From NCBI GenBank assembly GCA_963726255.1, contig CAVSBL010000002.1, positions 2,208,001 to 2,272,000 on the forward strand: DNA of 64,000 bases. Direction: 5' to 3'. The notes under the pieces are model-generated. The model did not search any database. It was not told where the DNA came from and saw nothing but the letters and a program-made list of their open reading frames with translations. The position numbers and the translations under genes are program-made. Source of the DNA: Candidatus Bathyarchaeota archaeon (GTDB lineage: Archaea; Thermoproteota; Bathyarchaeia; 40CM-2-53-6). Within the stretch, counting starts at the first letter, position 1. The number at the start of each line of letters is the position of its first letter. Below, in pieces: positions 39,722 through 48,421 of the stretch.

Positions 39722-39946
39722 CTAATGACGATGCATCGTGGCTCGGTAAGAGGCCGCCTTGGAGTGAAACCTAGACTCCCCCGATTGAACCTCACTTTCC
39801 GGGGAATATTCGCGCATTAGAAGACCGCATTGGGTGCATCTCACGAGCCGCAGAGGCCTTCCATCTTTGTCGACATCTTCCCCAATTTCATGAACTCGTG
39901 GGTGTGCACAGATTTCGAGGATAAGAGACTGCAATCCTAAACCCAC
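39722..39946 (-). CDS. Small CxH...CxxC zinc-ribbon-like protein
   Basis: ICAHP...VRCTQCG; GAG-GTG start context. Confidence 0.6.
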   Translation of the reverse strand: MGLGLQSLILEICAHPRVHEIGEDVDKDGRPLRLVRCTQCGLLMREYSPESEVQSGESRFHSKAASYRATMHRH

Positions 39947-39981
39947 CTCATACGTAAGCGAATTGCCACACCATGCAGTAG

Positions 39982-40296
39982 CTATGGGTTGGCTGGCTTA
40001 ACTTTCCTGAGCGTTAGGCCTAGCCACACAACGCCAATTATCGCAATGATCACAGCTAAGATCATGAGGCCACCTGTGATGCCTCCGTATGGGTTCACTA
40101 TTCCAAACTGGCGTGTCCTCGTAAAGTTCCCGAACTGAGTTTGGGTGAAGTTTCCCGGATTGAAGGGGCGGGATCGAAGCATCTGGCTAACTAAGTACGA
40201 ACGAACAGCGTTGTAAACCGTGGTTACAGACGCCAAAGCAACGCCAACCAAAGTGACCAAGTACGCATACCTGATCTGCGTTTCACTACTTGCCAT
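39982..40296 (-). CDS. Two-TM membrane protein with repeated GNFT loop
   Basis: Two hydrophobic segments flanking PGNFTQTQFGNFTRTRQFG. Confidence 0.75.
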   Translation of the reverse strand: MASSETQIRYAYLVTLVGVALASVTTVYNAVRSYLVSQMLRSRPFNPGNFTQTQFGNFTRTRQFGIVNPYGGITGGLMILAVIIAIIGVVWLGLTLRKVKPANP

Positions 40297-40434
40297 CTAA
40301 CTACACCAAGTAGTTAGCTCCTCGACTTGCCGGTATATAATGTGCATGGATGAATCATCTACTGGATTTCGCTATATCGAGAAACAGACTAAGGTATCCG
40401 GAGTGTTCAAGCTGACCATGAAAACCGGGGGGGC

Positions 40435-40448
40435 GGGTGGATCCACCC
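40435..40448. repeat. Second copy of the 14-bp palindrome GGGTGGATCCACCC
   Basis: Exact match to 39557-39570. Confidence 0.7.
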
Positions 40449-40474
40449 ATTGAGGAGGATGCTGATTGGCAACC

Positions 40475-41329
40475 TTAGCCGCTCATGAGCGAACGTGCAA
40501 GTAAGAATATGTTGCTTTTGTGCTCGCTGATTCTTCTCGTGGAGTATGCCCACCAACGCTTTCCGAAGGGTATGTATTCGCTTGATCGATATCCACTTTG
40601 AGCAAGCTCCAGCTTCTTCTTGTCTCTAATTCCCATCAGCATTTCGAATTCGAAATCTGCGTGGTGGACATTGCTCAAGATAATGGCCTCTTGAATCAAC
40701 TTCTCATCATGGGTGGCGATTGCGAACCCTTGCCCACGTTCGAAAATCAAGCGCATCAACTTGGAATAGTTGCGGTTAATATCATCCCGCTTCTTGAAAA
40801 CAATCTCCGGGCTCTCGTTATAAGCCCCCTTGCAGAGTCGAATTTTCCCATTCAAGCCTAAAATTCTATTCACATCTTCCTCGCTTCGCTTCAGGTAGGC
40901 TTGGATGGCAAGTCCGACATTATCGAATTTCCTGACGAGTTCTAGATATGAATCAACTGTCTGCGTGGTGTATCGCGATCCTTCCATGTCCATCCAGACA
41001 AAGTTGCCTAGAGATTTCGCTTTGCTGACGACTGTGCTCAAGTTCTCCTCAAAGAAAGCTCTGTCAATTCCCAGTCCTAACTGCGTGGGTTTGATTGAGA
41101 TACAACTCTGAACTTTCCGGGCGGCGATCGTCTCAAGTATTTCCAAGTATTCCTGCGTGGCTGCGGAAGCGTCGTCTCTTGCAGTAATCTCTTCCCCGAG
41201 AAGGTTCACAATCCCTTGGATCTTTTGAACGTTTGACTGAGCTGCTCGGTTCAAAGCATCTTCATACTCTTCGCCCGCAATCCAATGCTTAGCAATTCGG
41301 AAGAGCAGGCCGTTCAACAGGCTCGCCAA
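40475..41329 (-). CDS. Monofunctional proline dehydrogenase
   Basis: LLGE, SIKPTQLG, DME, QAYL, RLCKGAY, IATHD, YIPFG...YSTRR. Confidence 0.92.
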   Translation of the reverse strand: MASLLNGLLFRIAKHWIAGEEYEDALNRAAQSNVQKIQGIVNLLGEEITARDDASAATQEYLEILETIAARKVQSCISIKPTQLGLGIDRAFFEENLSTVVSKAKSLGNFVWMDMEGSRYTTQTVDSYLELVRKFDNVGLAIQAYLKRSEEDVNRILGLNGKIRLCKGAYNESPEIVFKKRDDINRNYSKLMRLIFERGQGFAIATHDEKLIQEAIILSNVHHADFEFEMLMGIRDKKKLELAQSGYRSSEYIPFGKRWWAYSTRRISEHKSNIFLLARSLMSG

Positions 41330-41566
41330 TTACGAAACCCCAGCCAAGGATTACAGCCATCGCATAAATTGGTTGCCCCATTTAGCGAAGATGAATTAAT
41401 GACTCACACCGAGCGCGCCAGCCTTCGAATATTGACGGCCTTCCTACTTCGCACAGGCTAGAGTCTCGGCCTCGAGCTTCTGTCCTCGGAGAATGTTGGC
41501 CTAAAGGAGAAGCCCTTCCTGTTCTCCGGAGGGATGGGTGTGAAACCTACGGATGATTTTCCTAAG

Positions 41567-41678
41567 TGGAGCCTCGGGCGGGGTTTGAACCCGCGACCTG
41601 CCGCTCTCCTGAAAAGTTTACGAGGCGGCCGCTTTCCGGTACCGTGGAAAGGTATCTACCAGGCTGAGCCACCGAGGC
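41567..41678 (-). tRNA. tRNA-Thr(CGU) with two introns (22 nt at about 22/23, 41634-41655; 13 nt at 37/38, 41606-41618); CCA encoded
   Basis: Removing both inserts gives a 77-nt cloverleaf: acceptor GCCTCGG/CCGAGGC, U73, loop CT-CGT-AA, T loop TTCAAAC. Confidence 0.92.
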
Positions 41679-41772
41679 ATGTATCCCTAGCCAGAGAGCC
41701 TCGAATCTTAAAGTGTATTCATTCTTCACTGAAACCTATGAGGTAATATCCGGCTGTAATAATTTTCATTAA

Positions 41773-42001
41773 CTAAATGACGAATTCTTCTTTGGGAATT
41801 GCCCGATTCGTAAGTCGCATTGTGCTAATTGTCCGGTCACCGAAGAGCTTGGCCTCTTCCTTGGCCTGCGGCAACGTTGCGGTCCACCACCAACACCGAC
41901 ATGTGCGGGTTGTTTTGCTTGATATGATAGGCGGCGGATAGGCCGATTACGCCCGCACGAATTACGAGCACGTCCCAGTGCTGTTTGCCTCTTGCATTCA
42001 A
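41773..42001 (-). pseudogene. Internally deleted FAD-dependent oxidoreductase (DadA/sarcosine-oxidase-beta-like) remnant
   Basis: TTG-started MNARGKQHWDVLVIRAGVIGLSAAYHIK...VLVVDRNVAAGQG joined out of frame to EEAKLFGDR...PKEEFVI*. Confidence 0.7.
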
Positions 42002-42126
42002 GCTGTAGCCCACTCATGTTGGCCCGAGTCTCACCGAGGTTTGGACTATTAATTCTCCGTATGTGATGCAAGAGCTTACAAAGCTGAAAAGGAAAGCCTA
42101 TCTTCGAATGCTTAGCCTAAGTAGGA

Positions 42127-42609
42127 ATGATTCTCATGCGCATGAGGTATGATAAGAGAACCGACCAGTTGCAACTTCTCATTCGCGATGACAAAGACGT
42201 TACGCCGAAGGCGTTGGATGAGGATGTGACTGTTGGTTATACTAAGGATGGGGAAGTAGCTACAATTAGCGTAAAGAATGCCCTAACCAGAATCTTCGAT
42301 GGCCTTGGGGTAAAGTTGCCATCTGAACGGCAGGCGCCGGCGGAAGAGCGGGAGGGTGGAGTAAAGGTCGAACTCGACGCGGATAAGTGCCTCGGGTTTG
42401 GCAGCTGCGTCATTGTCTCACCCGACGTTTTCCGACTCGACGAGCGCCCCGGGCAGGGGGTATTCCGTAGCCGAGCCAAGCTAGATGTCCTGGATGAGGC
42501 TGGCGGCAAGGACTACGAAAATCTCCTGATCGCCGCCCAGTCGTGCCCAACTCAGGCGATTACAATAGTCGACAGAAAAACCGGAAAGAGAATTTACCCG
42601 CCCGAGTAG
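42127..42609 (+). CDS. DUF2283-like domain fused to a single-cluster ferredoxin
   Basis: N-term MRYDKRTDQL...VTVGYTKDGEVATISV; C-term CLGFGSC...SCPTQAI. Confidence 0.8.
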   Translation: MILMRMRYDKRTDQLQLLIRDDKDVTPKALDEDVTVGYTKDGEVATISVKNALTRIFDGLGVKLPSERQAPAEEREGGVKVELDADKCLGFGSCVIVSPDVFRLDERPGQGVFRSRAKLDVLDEAGGKDYENLLIAAQSCPTQAITIVDRKTGKRIYPPE

Positions 42610-42719
42610 GCTCCCTCGGGTTGGGCTTGCCAAGCAAGAGCAAAATGGTCCACACCTGACCCTTCAACACTTAACGCCCGCGAAGCAATCGCCCTATTGA
42701 AGGAAGGGCTCGGGTTCCA

Positions 42720-43931
42720 CTGACCTCTATCTACACAATTTCTCGTGAAGACCTCTACGACTACCGAAGGTGCCCGAAGATCGTGGCTATCAAAGCCTAC
42801 AGAGCACTCAGGGCCGTACGAGAGAACCGATCCAGCGAGCCGCGCGTACTGGAACCCGCAACTATTGGCATGATTGGGGAAGCGGCCGTAAAGCTTGGAT
42901 TCCAAGGCCTACCCAAAGCCGTCGCGATGGAGCACATTGCTCGAGCTATTCCTCAAGTGAACTTCAATGAGTACCTCGAAGAAATCGCATCCCAATCCCT
43001 GAAGGGCGTCGAGAAGGTTCGGGCAAAACTAGCTAAGGAGTATGGGGAGCTAACAATAATCGGGAAGGGTGAAGGGCGCCACCCCGACCTTCCCGGGAAG
43101 GTGCGCCCAGATTTCATTGCCTTCAAAGAGCGGAACCAGAATCCAATCATCATCGAGACTAAGGACACTACGAGAATGAATCCAACTGATAATTTCCAAG
43201 CCGCGCTCTACAATGGCATAGCCGAACGATACGGAGTCTACCTCATCGAGGAGAGGGTCGAAGGTGGAGTGCGCACGTTTTCTCCGTTTACGATACAAGG
43301 GAACGCCGAGGCTGTTCTGATTTATCCAAGGCTCGCCGAATACTCCATCATAAAGGACCGGTTTGTTCCAGATAGTGAATTGATAAAGGAAATTTGGAAG
43401 GCGAAAGAACTTGGATTCAAAGGCTTAACCCCTGAGACTGATTGCGGAAAGAAATGCGCACACAACAGGTTGAAAGTAAAACTGGGGGAGGGGAACCTGG
43501 AGCCCGCGCCACCACTCCCCCTCATATTCTCCAACGCCGTCCTGGAAAGCGGTTTCAGTTATGACTTAGGCTACCAGGTAAGCTACGGGTGGAATCTGCT
43601 CCCGCTTAGGGTCAAGGTCGCCATCGCCTTGTCGGCGCGCGTGGCTGGCGTTGCTGGTGTTAAGGAGTGGTTGACGGGGACGGCGGGGCTTGAGGAAGAG
43701 GCCGCTCGGATCGTTGTGAATTGGGAGAGGCGGGAGGCATTTCTTCATTCCAAGCCAGATGCGGAAAGTTTGCTGAAATCCGCGGACAGCCAACTTGAGC
43801 CATGGCGAACAATCCTCAAAGGGAGGCTCACGACTGGGGCGCCAAGCATCTTGGCCATAGCCACAGCCATCTACTCTCTACCAAAGAAAAGTTCCAAGTT
43901 TGTCCATGAAGCATGGGGCAGATGGCAATAA
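42720..43931 (+). CDS. Solo Cas4-like PD-(D/E)xK nuclease; probable CTG start
   Basis: In-frame upstream ISREDLYDYRRCPK; RPDF...IIETK...FQAALY; CGKKCAH. Confidence 0.75.
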   Translation: MTSIYTISREDLYDYRRCPKIVAIKAYRALRAVRENRSSEPRVLEPATIGMIGEAAVKLGFQGLPKAVAMEHIARAIPQVNFNEYLEEIASQSLKGVEKVRAKLAKEYGELTIIGKGEGRHPDLPGKVRPDFIAFKERNQNPIIIETKDTTRMNPTDNFQAALYNGIAERYGVYLIEERVEGGVRTFSPFTIQGNAEAVLIYPRLAEYSIIKDRFVPDSELIKEIWKAKELGFKGLTPETDCGKKCAHNRLKVKLGEGNLEPAPPLPLIFSNAVLESGFSYDLGYQVSYGWNLLPLRVKVAIALSARVAGVAGVKEWLTGTAGLEEEAARIVVNWERREAFLHSKPDAESLLKSADSQLEPWRTILKGRLTTGAPSILAIATAIYSLPKKSSKFVHEAWGRWQ

Positions 43932-44082
43932 GGGTAGATTGCACCCGGAGCCTGTGCCATAAGAGTAAATGGCACCCGGAGCGCGTGCCTAATCCCTTGA
44001 AATTGACGTCTAACATATGTTATACACTGCAAGAGAAGTTGGGTTGCCCGACCCCCCTCGGGGGGCCTAGCTTACTGAGCTG

Positions 44083-45087
44083 TTAGTCGCCTTGGGGTGA
44101 TGCTACGCTGATATACTCAAGCTTTTGCGGCGGTGATTCGGGCGGTGGGCGGGAAGCTACGCGCATTAGTATGATCCTGTTTCTGGTTCCGGGGACGCTT
44201 CCCTTCACGGTCACGTAGTCCGAGTTGATCACGCCGTACCGCAGGAAGCCGCCTTTCGGCGTAATCTCGCTGCCGTTATTGCCAACCTTCATGACTATTT
44301 TGTTGTATTCGGTTCTTTGGTGGAAGCCCATTTGGCCAGCCCTCGGGACGGAATACATGACGAAGTGGGGTGTCCAGCCACCAATTGAGCCGACTTGGCG
44401 AACGGTCTTTCGGGCTTTGTGAGTCTTCCTTCGGATTCCCCACCGCTTAACCGGCCCCTGTATCCCTTTGCCCTTTGTAATGCCAATCGTGTCGACCGCC
44501 TGCCCTTCTTTGATGAAGTCGGCGGCCTTCACTTCTTGCCCAAGTATCTTCTTCGCATACTCAAACTGGTCCTTGATGGTGCCTCCGCCGATCTTCACCT
44601 CTACTAATTCCGGGGCTTTCTTGCCGTGCTTCGCAAGTCTCGGTTGGGTAGCCATTAGCATACGTAAATCGCTGATCTTGTCCAGGTTGGTTTCAATCTT
44701 CTTGAGCCCGTCTTCCTTGGCAAACTTCTCCGGAACCGTAATGACGCGCCCGAAATCCTTTGGCACTGTCTCCATCCAAGCCTCACCAAACGTACGCAGC
44801 CCTTCGTAGGTCTTAGTGTAGGCACGTAGGGCAGAGGCCAACATTGGTGGTGTCTCCATGGTTGTCAACGGAATGACGATCTCTTTTCCAAAGGTCAGTG
44901 ACCCTTGCCTGTTGTCTACGGCTATGGCGTAGTTCATGCCCGCTTTGAATCCGGCAAAAGCAAGGAGACGAGGTCCCTCGTCCACTTCGGGCCAATACCT
45001 GATTCTGCCAACCCAGCGTGAAGCGCGTCCCCTAGGCAGGTAGGCCAGTGAGCCTCGTTTGGGGGCGTGAACTTTCCTATGACCCAA
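44083..45087 (-). CDS. rpl3: 50S ribosomal protein L3 (archaeal)
   Basis: APKRGSLAYLPR, GFKAGM, TKGKGIQGPVKRWG, PRAGQMGFHQRTEYNK, KGSVPG. Confidence 0.97.
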   Translation of the reverse strand: MGHRKVHAPKRGSLAYLPRGRASRWVGRIRYWPEVDEGPRLLAFAGFKAGMNYAIAVDNRQGSLTFGKEIVIPLTTMETPPMLASALRAYTKTYEGLRTFGEAWMETVPKDFGRVITVPEKFAKEDGLKKIETNLDKISDLRMLMATQPRLAKHGKKAPELVEVKIGGGTIKDQFEYAKKILGQEVKAADFIKEGQAVDTIGITKGKGIQGPVKRWGIRRKTHKARKTVRQVGSIGGWTPHFVMYSVPRAGQMGFHQRTEYNKIVMKVGNNGSEITPKGGFLRYGVINSDYVTVKGSVPGTRNRIILMRVASRPPPESPPQKLEYISVASPQGD

Positions 45088-45226
45088 TTAGACCACTAAT
45101 TAGCGTTGGCTTCTGGGCAGAAACATTCAAGCTCTATTTTACCGTATCGGACCTGCAGCACCAAAAGAGGTCTAGGCGGTCTCGTCTGGTAGAAGTTTAA
45201 GTTCGAGTCTTCGACGACAATTTCTC

Positions 45227-45466
45227 TTGAGCCCGATGACAGACCTCTCCGGTTCCTTGTTCGTCATCTTTACGCTGTTCTTTGTGATTCTCGGCGCTAT
45301 ACTCGCTGCCGTCGGGTACGGGTATGCGCATGGCTACTTCAGGAGACGCAGGTCTCCGCGAATTATCTGCGGCATATGCGGCAACAAGACAAGCCGGCTC
45401 AGGAAATATTGCGGAATATGCGGGGCTCCAGCATTGAACTTTGTCGAACTTGCGCAGGAGATGTGA
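45227..45466 (+). CDS. Single-TM membrane protein with C-terminal zinc ribbon
   Basis: Hydrophobic helix, RRRR stop-transfer, CGICG-x9-CGICG. Confidence 0.75.
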   Translation: MSPMTDLSGSLFVIFTLFFVILGAILAAVGYGYAHGYFRRRRSPRIICGICGNKTSRLRKYCGICGAPALNFVELAQEM

Positions 45467-45575
45467 TCAATTGAAAAGGCACCTGCCATAGCGAGGGTTG
45501 TGGCGCTATCGGTCTAGCGAAACTCTTCTTGGCTAGAAGAAATGGATTATTTGATTGCGGCCCTTTACCTACCTA

Positions 45576-45869
45576 CTATTTGTCGTCCTCGTCTTCGTCC
45601 TCGTCTGAGTCTTCCGCACCCCCGCCTTCCGCCGGGGCCGCTTTCTGTGAAGTTTCAGCCTTCTCGAAAGATTGTAACGCTTCCTGCAGTTCTTCCTCGG
45701 TTATTTTCCCCGCAACGAACAGTATGTCGTTTATCCACTCGGAGACAAGGGCTTCAATGTTTGCCGCGGGGACCAGTGGGTGCTTCTGCAGGGCCGCCTG
45801 AAGCTCGGTGAAGAGTTGATCTAGCTCGACGCTGTCAACCTTCTGTTTCTTTCCGTAAACGAACTTCAA
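45576..45869 (-). CDS. Acidic hypothetical protein
   Basis: 97 aa, helical pattern, tail AAPAEGGGAEDSDEDEDEDDK. Confidence 0.8.
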   Translation of the reverse strand: MKFVYGKKQKVDSVELDQLFTELQAALQKHPLVPAANIEALVSEWINDILFVAGKITEEELQEALQSFEKAETSQKAAPAEGGGAEDSDEDEDEDDK

Positions 45870-45993
45870 TTAGGCCACTGGTCCGCCCTGTCTTACCAGA
45901 GCTGCTGTCAGTGAAGGTTAACTAGATAATCTTTAAGACTTGCCACACGCGCTGTCGCCGCGGCCCTTACGGGTGAACTTGTTTGGCCTGGAG

Positions 45994-46133
<140 letters not shown>

Positions 46134-46176
46134 ACCCAACCATCCTACAACACGCCCTATGGATGACCCGCCACGG

Positions 46177-46464
46177 CTATCGCCCCACTACAATCAGTAG
46201 TTCGCTAAGTTGATCCAGCAGCTCTTCCCTTAGTCGTCGTCTCACCCATTTCGTGCCGGCGATCAATCGTCTGTAATTATCCTCCGAGAACGCAAGGAAC
46301 CTCCAAGCGGTCAAGTCCTTCCACCGACAATCAAACCCTAGGAATTCTAGGCTGAAATCGTGATGCCGTAGTTCTGACTTTATCGCTTCAAGCATTGTGA
46401 TGGCTTTCTGCTTGGTTTCAATTGGCAATCGTTCGTTAGTCGCGACCTGGCCTGGGAATGACAC
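46177..46464 (-). CDS. Hypothetical protein (possibly a fragment)
   Basis: 95-aa ORF next to the tRNA 3' end; no motif recognised. Confidence 0.4.
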   Translation of the reverse strand: MSFPGQVATNERLPIETKQKAITMLEAIKSELRHHDFSLEFLGFDCRWKDLTAWRFLAFSEDNYRRLIAGTKWVRRRLREELLDQLSELLIVVGR

Positions 46465-46550
46465 CCCAGATAGGCGAATGGTTGATCAGAACATTGTTCC
46501 ACTCTAATGCCTGATTTTAGGCAATTTGGCACACGCTGATTTGTGTCGGC

Positions 46551-47450
46551 TTAGAACGGCTGCCTTTGTTTGCTCTTCTTGATTCTTCGCCTATCCATCA
46601 TATTTTCCAATATCAACTTGTTTCCGCGCATATAGAGCATACAGTATTTGCCCGGAGACAGACCCATGGCATCCAAGTACTCCGAGGGTATATTCACGCC
46701 ACAGTGGTCGGCAAACATCTGTATTCTGGTCTTCGTTGGCGGAGGAGCTCCATTCAAGATGTCTTCAAGTCCTCTGACGCTGAGCCTTTTTCTCTCAACG
46801 AATTCGGCAAGTGAGCGTTGTTTTCGAGGATCCTTGATACGTGAGAGAAGTTCTGCATGACTTGGAGTCAAGTATCGGCTTGCGCCTGAAACTTTAGAGA
46901 GCAGTGAATGATCGAGTCGATGGAGAAGAGCAAGTCTTTCGCTAACGTAGCTATCGCATTTTCCTATGCGTCGAGCTATCGCATTTATCGTCCAACCATG
47001 GTTAACAAGTTCGTTGTACCCCTTAGCCTCTTCCATCGGATTCACGTAGGCGTTCCTAACTAGATTCTCTGACACCCGCGCAAGAAACGCCTCCCCATCG
47101 TCTAGGTGCTTAACCATGGCTCTTATTTTTGGAATTCCGAGTCTTCTGAACGCCTCAACTCGGTGCTGGCCGAATATGATTTCATATTTAGGACCGTTTT
47201 CACGCACAACTATCGGTTGGAGCAATCCCGAGTTTTCTATCGATCTTGCGAGCTCGCACACTACACCATCTTCGATGGGTCTCAAAAGACGGGCAGGCTG
47301 AATCAAAGCATCCAGGTCAATATCGACTATCGGATCGCACGCATTCTCCAGTATGACATGCGACTCGCTCATACTTTGACCAGGCTTGAATGATTCGTGA
47401 CTTTCATTTGTTACAGTCCGCATAATAATCTGGTGTAAGAACATGGCCAT
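46551..47450 (-). CDS. ParB/Spo0J-family protein with C-terminal AbrB-like domain
   Basis: LARSI..SGLLQPIVV, GQHRVEA, SENLVR, HTH IARRIGKCDSYVSERL; tail VNIPSEYLDAMGLSPG; true start may be further downstream. Confidence 0.85.
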   Translation of the reverse strand: MAMFLHQIIMRTVTNESHESFKPGQSMSESHVILENACDPIVDIDLDALIQPARLLRPIEDGVVCELARSIENSGLLQPIVVRENGPKYEIIFGQHRVEAFRRLGIPKIRAMVKHLDDGEAFLARVSENLVRNAYVNPMEEAKGYNELVNHGWTINAIARRIGKCDSYVSERLALLHRLDHSLLSKVSGASRYLTPSHAELLSRIKDPRKQRSLAEFVERKRLSVRGLEDILNGAPPPTKTRIQMFADHCGVNIPSEYLDAMGLSPGKYCMLYMRGNKLILENMMDRRRIKKSKQRQPF

Positions 47451-47514
47451 GCTACAGTTTCAACCGTAAGTTACATTACTTACCCCGTGCACCTAGAAAA
47501 CCAGGCGTCTTTCG

Positions 47515-48339
47515 GTGTCTAAAGAAGACTTAACGAGTCTGGCCGACCTCGGGCTCAGTTTCCTCCAGGCGAAAACTTACATTGCATTGCTTAGTCTTGG
47601 GAGTTGCAAAGCAAGTCAGCTCACCTTGAGGACGGGACTTGTTCGCCCTGAAACATATCGAATTCTCCGCGAGTTGTCAGTAAAGGGACTGGTTCAGCGG
47701 AGCGCTGGTTCCCCTTATCTTTATTCACCTACTCCTCCAAGCGAAGCATTGTCAATCTTGTTCAATAGAGTGGGTGAAAGATTTGCGGCTCTGAAAAAAG
47801 GAAAGAATGCACTTGCTCGGTCACTCGCAAGCTACGTTTCTCACGGCGAAGGATTGCGAGATGAACGCTTTGATTTGATTACAGGAGGTGGAAATGCGCT
47901 TCGCACGGTGTTGGACATGATCAGACGAGCCGAGAGTGAGTACGTTTCAATAAGCAGCAAAGATGGGCTCATTCGGTTAGGAGGTCGAGGCATACTGGGA
48001 GAGGAGTACGAAGCTGCAATCATCGCGGCAAAACGACGACATGTGCGAATTAGGGTGATTTCCGAGATCGATAAGTCAACTCTGCCAGCAGCGGAGCACG
48101 TGTCGCGATTCGCTGAACTGCGGAAGCTTAAGGACGTTCTATTTTACATCGACATGGTTGATAAACGAGAAATGTGCATCGGGCCTGGCATTACACCTGA
48201 GGATGCGGGTGAGCAAAATGCTAGGGAAGCTGACCTTTGGACTAACAATGCAAAGTTCATTCGGGGCATGTGTGCCATGTTCGAAAGATTATGGAAAGCT
48301 GCGCCGCCATATTTGTCGAGCATAAAGGAACTATCATGA
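47515..48339 (+). CDS. TrmB-family transcriptional regulator
   Basis: LGLSFLQAKTYIALL...RPETYRILRELSVKGLV; C-terminal FERLW. Confidence 0.88.
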   Translation: MSKEDLTSLADLGLSFLQAKTYIALLSLGSCKASQLTLRTGLVRPETYRILRELSVKGLVQRSAGSPYLYSPTPPSEALSILFNRVGERFAALKKGKNALARSLASYVSHGEGLRDERFDLITGGGNALRTVLDMIRRAESEYVSISSKDGLIRLGGRGILGEEYEAAIIAAKRRHVRIRVISEIDKSTLPAAEHVSRFAELRKLKDVLFYIDMVDKREMCIGPGITPEDAGEQNAREADLWTNNAKFIRGMCAMFERLWKAAPPYLSSIKELS

Positions 48340-48421
48340 AAGACGCTGTATCGATGAGGGCCTTCGCACGTGCGAAAACAAGCCGCGATGCGACGTGTCG
48401 ACGGCGTCTTCCATTGGGAGA

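Noticed and set aside
39624-39775. CSTCG-containing plus-strand frame
   Set aside because: Preceded by an in-frame TGA with no convincing start; at most a decayed remnant.
41605-41625. Alternative splice of the Thr tRNA giving a GGA (Ser) anticodon
   Set aside because: Short variable loop, U73 and the GCC acceptor start fit Thr; no splice motif supports the alternative.
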